Positions 62,196 through 64,000 of a stretch of DNA of 64,000 nucleotides are shown here, one piece after another. Source of the stretch: a virus. Taxonomy: Duplodnaviria > Caudoviricetes. The stretch lies in the IMG/VR virus record IMGVR_UViG_2974528084_000001, positions 13,355-77,354 of that record. One strand, written 5' to 3'. The number at the start of each line of letters is the position of its first letter. The first letter of the stretch is position 1. A program made the translations under genes and the position numbers. Under the pieces are notes generated by a model, which worked only from the letters and a program-made list of their open reading frames with translations, was not told the origin of the DNA and did no database searches.

Positions 62196-62309
62196 CGCGG
62201 TGCCACGCGTAGCGGTCAATGACTTTCGTTCGGTTACGCGAACGTCGTGCATGATTCCGTATCCGCGTGATGTGATGTTATGTTTCATGTCTTTCCCCTA
62301 ATGTGTCGC

Positions 62310-62394
62310 GAATGTTTCACGCTAACTATTCCGCGATTCTTTTTCGGAATCGTTAGCGCGAAACATTCAATTAATGGATCTAATTGAATGTTTC
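62310..62394. repeat. Two overlapping, mutually exclusive inverted repeats
   Basis: GAATGTTTC at 62310 and 62386; its complement GAAACATTC at 62360. Confidence 0.8.
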
Positions 62395-63022
62395 CACTTT
62401 TAAATTAGTCATAAACAATAGTCGCATTATGTGGTACTAGTTCTAATTCCACATCTATTGCCTACCATTCCGTAACGTAACCCGTTCACGATTATGGGGA
62501 CACGTCTACCCATAGTTGCCGCTATCTATGAAACGCTACGGTTAATTTTTCGCACCCTATCCGCGTGACCGCTATCGACATCTAACATCGGTGGTCATCC
62601 AATTTTTCGGAATCGGCTATGCGATTGTCCTATACCGCGTAGGCGTATGGATCGCGCCCCGTGGTACTAGGTTGTTAGTGGTCGCTAGCGGTGGCGCGTG
62701 CCCGGACCGGGACCGCCGCGCGCGGCCCGACCGGACCGCCACCGAACTAACTAACGACTAACACCTATGAATCTACGGTAGTGGTACTACGTTGTCTATA
62801 ATCAAATCGTTATGATCGGAAGTCGGAAAAACCTTGACCTAGTGGTACTAGTTGTGGTATCACGCGCACATCGCGGTATAGAAACGTAGGCGGCTTTTGT
62901 ACCAGCCGTTGTACCAACGCCGACTGGCCGGCCTCCCCAACAAACCCTAGATTCACTATGGCAAAGATTTTGTTGGTGTGAATCTACGGTTTGAGATAGC
63001 AAAGAATTTGCTAGGGTAAAGA

Positions 63023-63157
63023 TTCTTTGTGATACTGAATAATCTTTGTGATAGTGAATGTTCTTTACTACAGTGAATTAAATGTGTGATAGTGAACTTA
63101 ATTGTAGATAGTGAATGTTCTTTGTGATAGTGCACAATGTGCACGATAGCAAAGAAT
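63023..63157 (+). repeat. Seven degenerate 19-bp tandem repeats (iteron-like)
   Basis: GATA(G/C) core at 63031, 63050, (63069), 63088, 63107, 63126, 63145. Consensus approx. TTCTTTGTGATAGTGAAT. Confidence 0.85.
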
Positions 63158-64000
63158 AGGTAAGCCTTACCTATGTGTAGGGTGCATATGTACTAGGGCA
63201 TGTAGTGCTACAATGACTGGTACAATGACTGATAGTTGAATGGTGCAACTAATAATATGCGGGCATGTTAGGTAAGGCTAACCTTAGTTGGTACAATGGT
63301 TGGTACAAAGTAGACATGTGTCTAGACATCCGTCCAGGTGGTACAACGCATGGTACAAAGACGAGAATCGTGGGAGTGTACACCATGAATCGCGATTCAC
63401 CTAATCGCGAGTCCCAACATGTGGGATTAGAACGTGTTCATCGCATGTTACCGAGTCGCATGTGTAACGACTAAACGTCGTGGTCAACGTGGTACTAGGT
63501 GGTTACCGGACCGGTCTGTATCGAACGCTAGCGGCCGAAAATTGGGTTAGTGGTACTAGGATGACCAAACTGGGGTACAACGCGTCTACGGGCGTTCTAG
63601 GGGCCAGAGCACACGAAGACGTTTTTGTCAAATCGGCCCGCAAACCCTAGATGTAGGGTTGAGGGTTGACATGGCTCGAATTGTGTGCATAGGGCGGAAA
63701 GGTTAGCCTTGGCTAAATATGCCCTAGCGAAGTCGTGGTGTGCCAGCGTGAATTGTTGGCGATGTCGAAAGATCGACTTTAGGATCGCAAATTCATAGTA
63801 TGCGTCGTAGTGCATCTTTATTCAGACCTCACCCGTTGTCAGATAACGAAAGCGTAACATTTTGTTGCGTGTTGCATCTGATAACGTTGCAAGTCGCAAC
63901 TAAATCGACGCCGACCAGAGCAAGGTAAGGCTATGCTAACTTTGCTAGCGTGGACGTGGGATGCAACTTTGGAAAAGGGATGTGCTAGCGTGAAGCTCTC

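Larger units (their letters stand above)
62300..64000. other. AT-richer non-coding region dense in short direct and inverted repeats (origin / packaging / regulatory hub candidate)
   Basis: No ORF with phage codon bias or RBS. Many repeated motifs (see findings). Confidence 0.7.

Noticed and set aside
63023-63157. CRISPR array (prompted by the Cas4-like gene)
   Set aside because: Units are 19 bp, degenerate and abutting with no unique spacers. No cas1/cas2. Stand-alone Cas4/RecB nucleases are common in phages.
62802-63815. Short ORFs in the terminal region (62802-63002, 62956-63144, 63265-63474, 63597-63815)
   Set aside because: No RBS, codon usage unlike the phage's, and translations merely reflect the DNA repeats.

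Overview
This window is most of a lytic, long-tailed (siphovirus-like) actinobacteriophage genome with high-GC codon usage. It starts inside the head module; terminase and portal are not in the window. The gene order recalls Gordonia/Rhodococcus phages of the GTE7/GMA7/ReqiDocB7 type, but that is recollection, not a search result. The plus strand (1-29.7 kb) carries scaffold, capsid decoration and major capsid, head-tail joining genes, major tail, a tRNA-Asn(GTT), frameshifted tail chaperones, a 3319-aa tape measure with two wall-hydrolase domains, minor tail proteins, a holin, a split endolysin (amidase + M23) and membrane proteins. The minus strand (29.7-62.3 kb) carries a Cas4/RecB-like nuclease, WhiB, DNA methyltransferase, LysB-like cutinase, MazG-like, RusA, DUF4406, beta clamp, Orn/DnaQ-like exonuclease, SNF2 helicase, SSB-like, HNH, a MoxR AAA+/VWA pair and many small Zn-finger or membrane ORFs. 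The last 1.7 kb is non-coding and packed with repeats. No integrase, DNA polymerase, primase or CRISPR array was recognised. Best leads: (1) an intact WhiB domain with no in-frame ATG/GTG/TTG, reachable by a -1 frameshift at C-CCT-TTA from the upstream gene; (2) a TAGTACC(A) motif at several SigA-like promoters that is also arrayed in the non-coding end; (3) 19-bp iteron-like repeats, 12-bp-phased motif pairs and mutually exclusive hairpins in that end; (4) conserved start-associated leaders with GNRA hairpins over the RBS; (5) a Zn-finger/exonuclease read-through ORF with a nested HTH gene. Start codons were refined by eye from RBS and overlap patterns. All product calls are motif-based; no database was searched.
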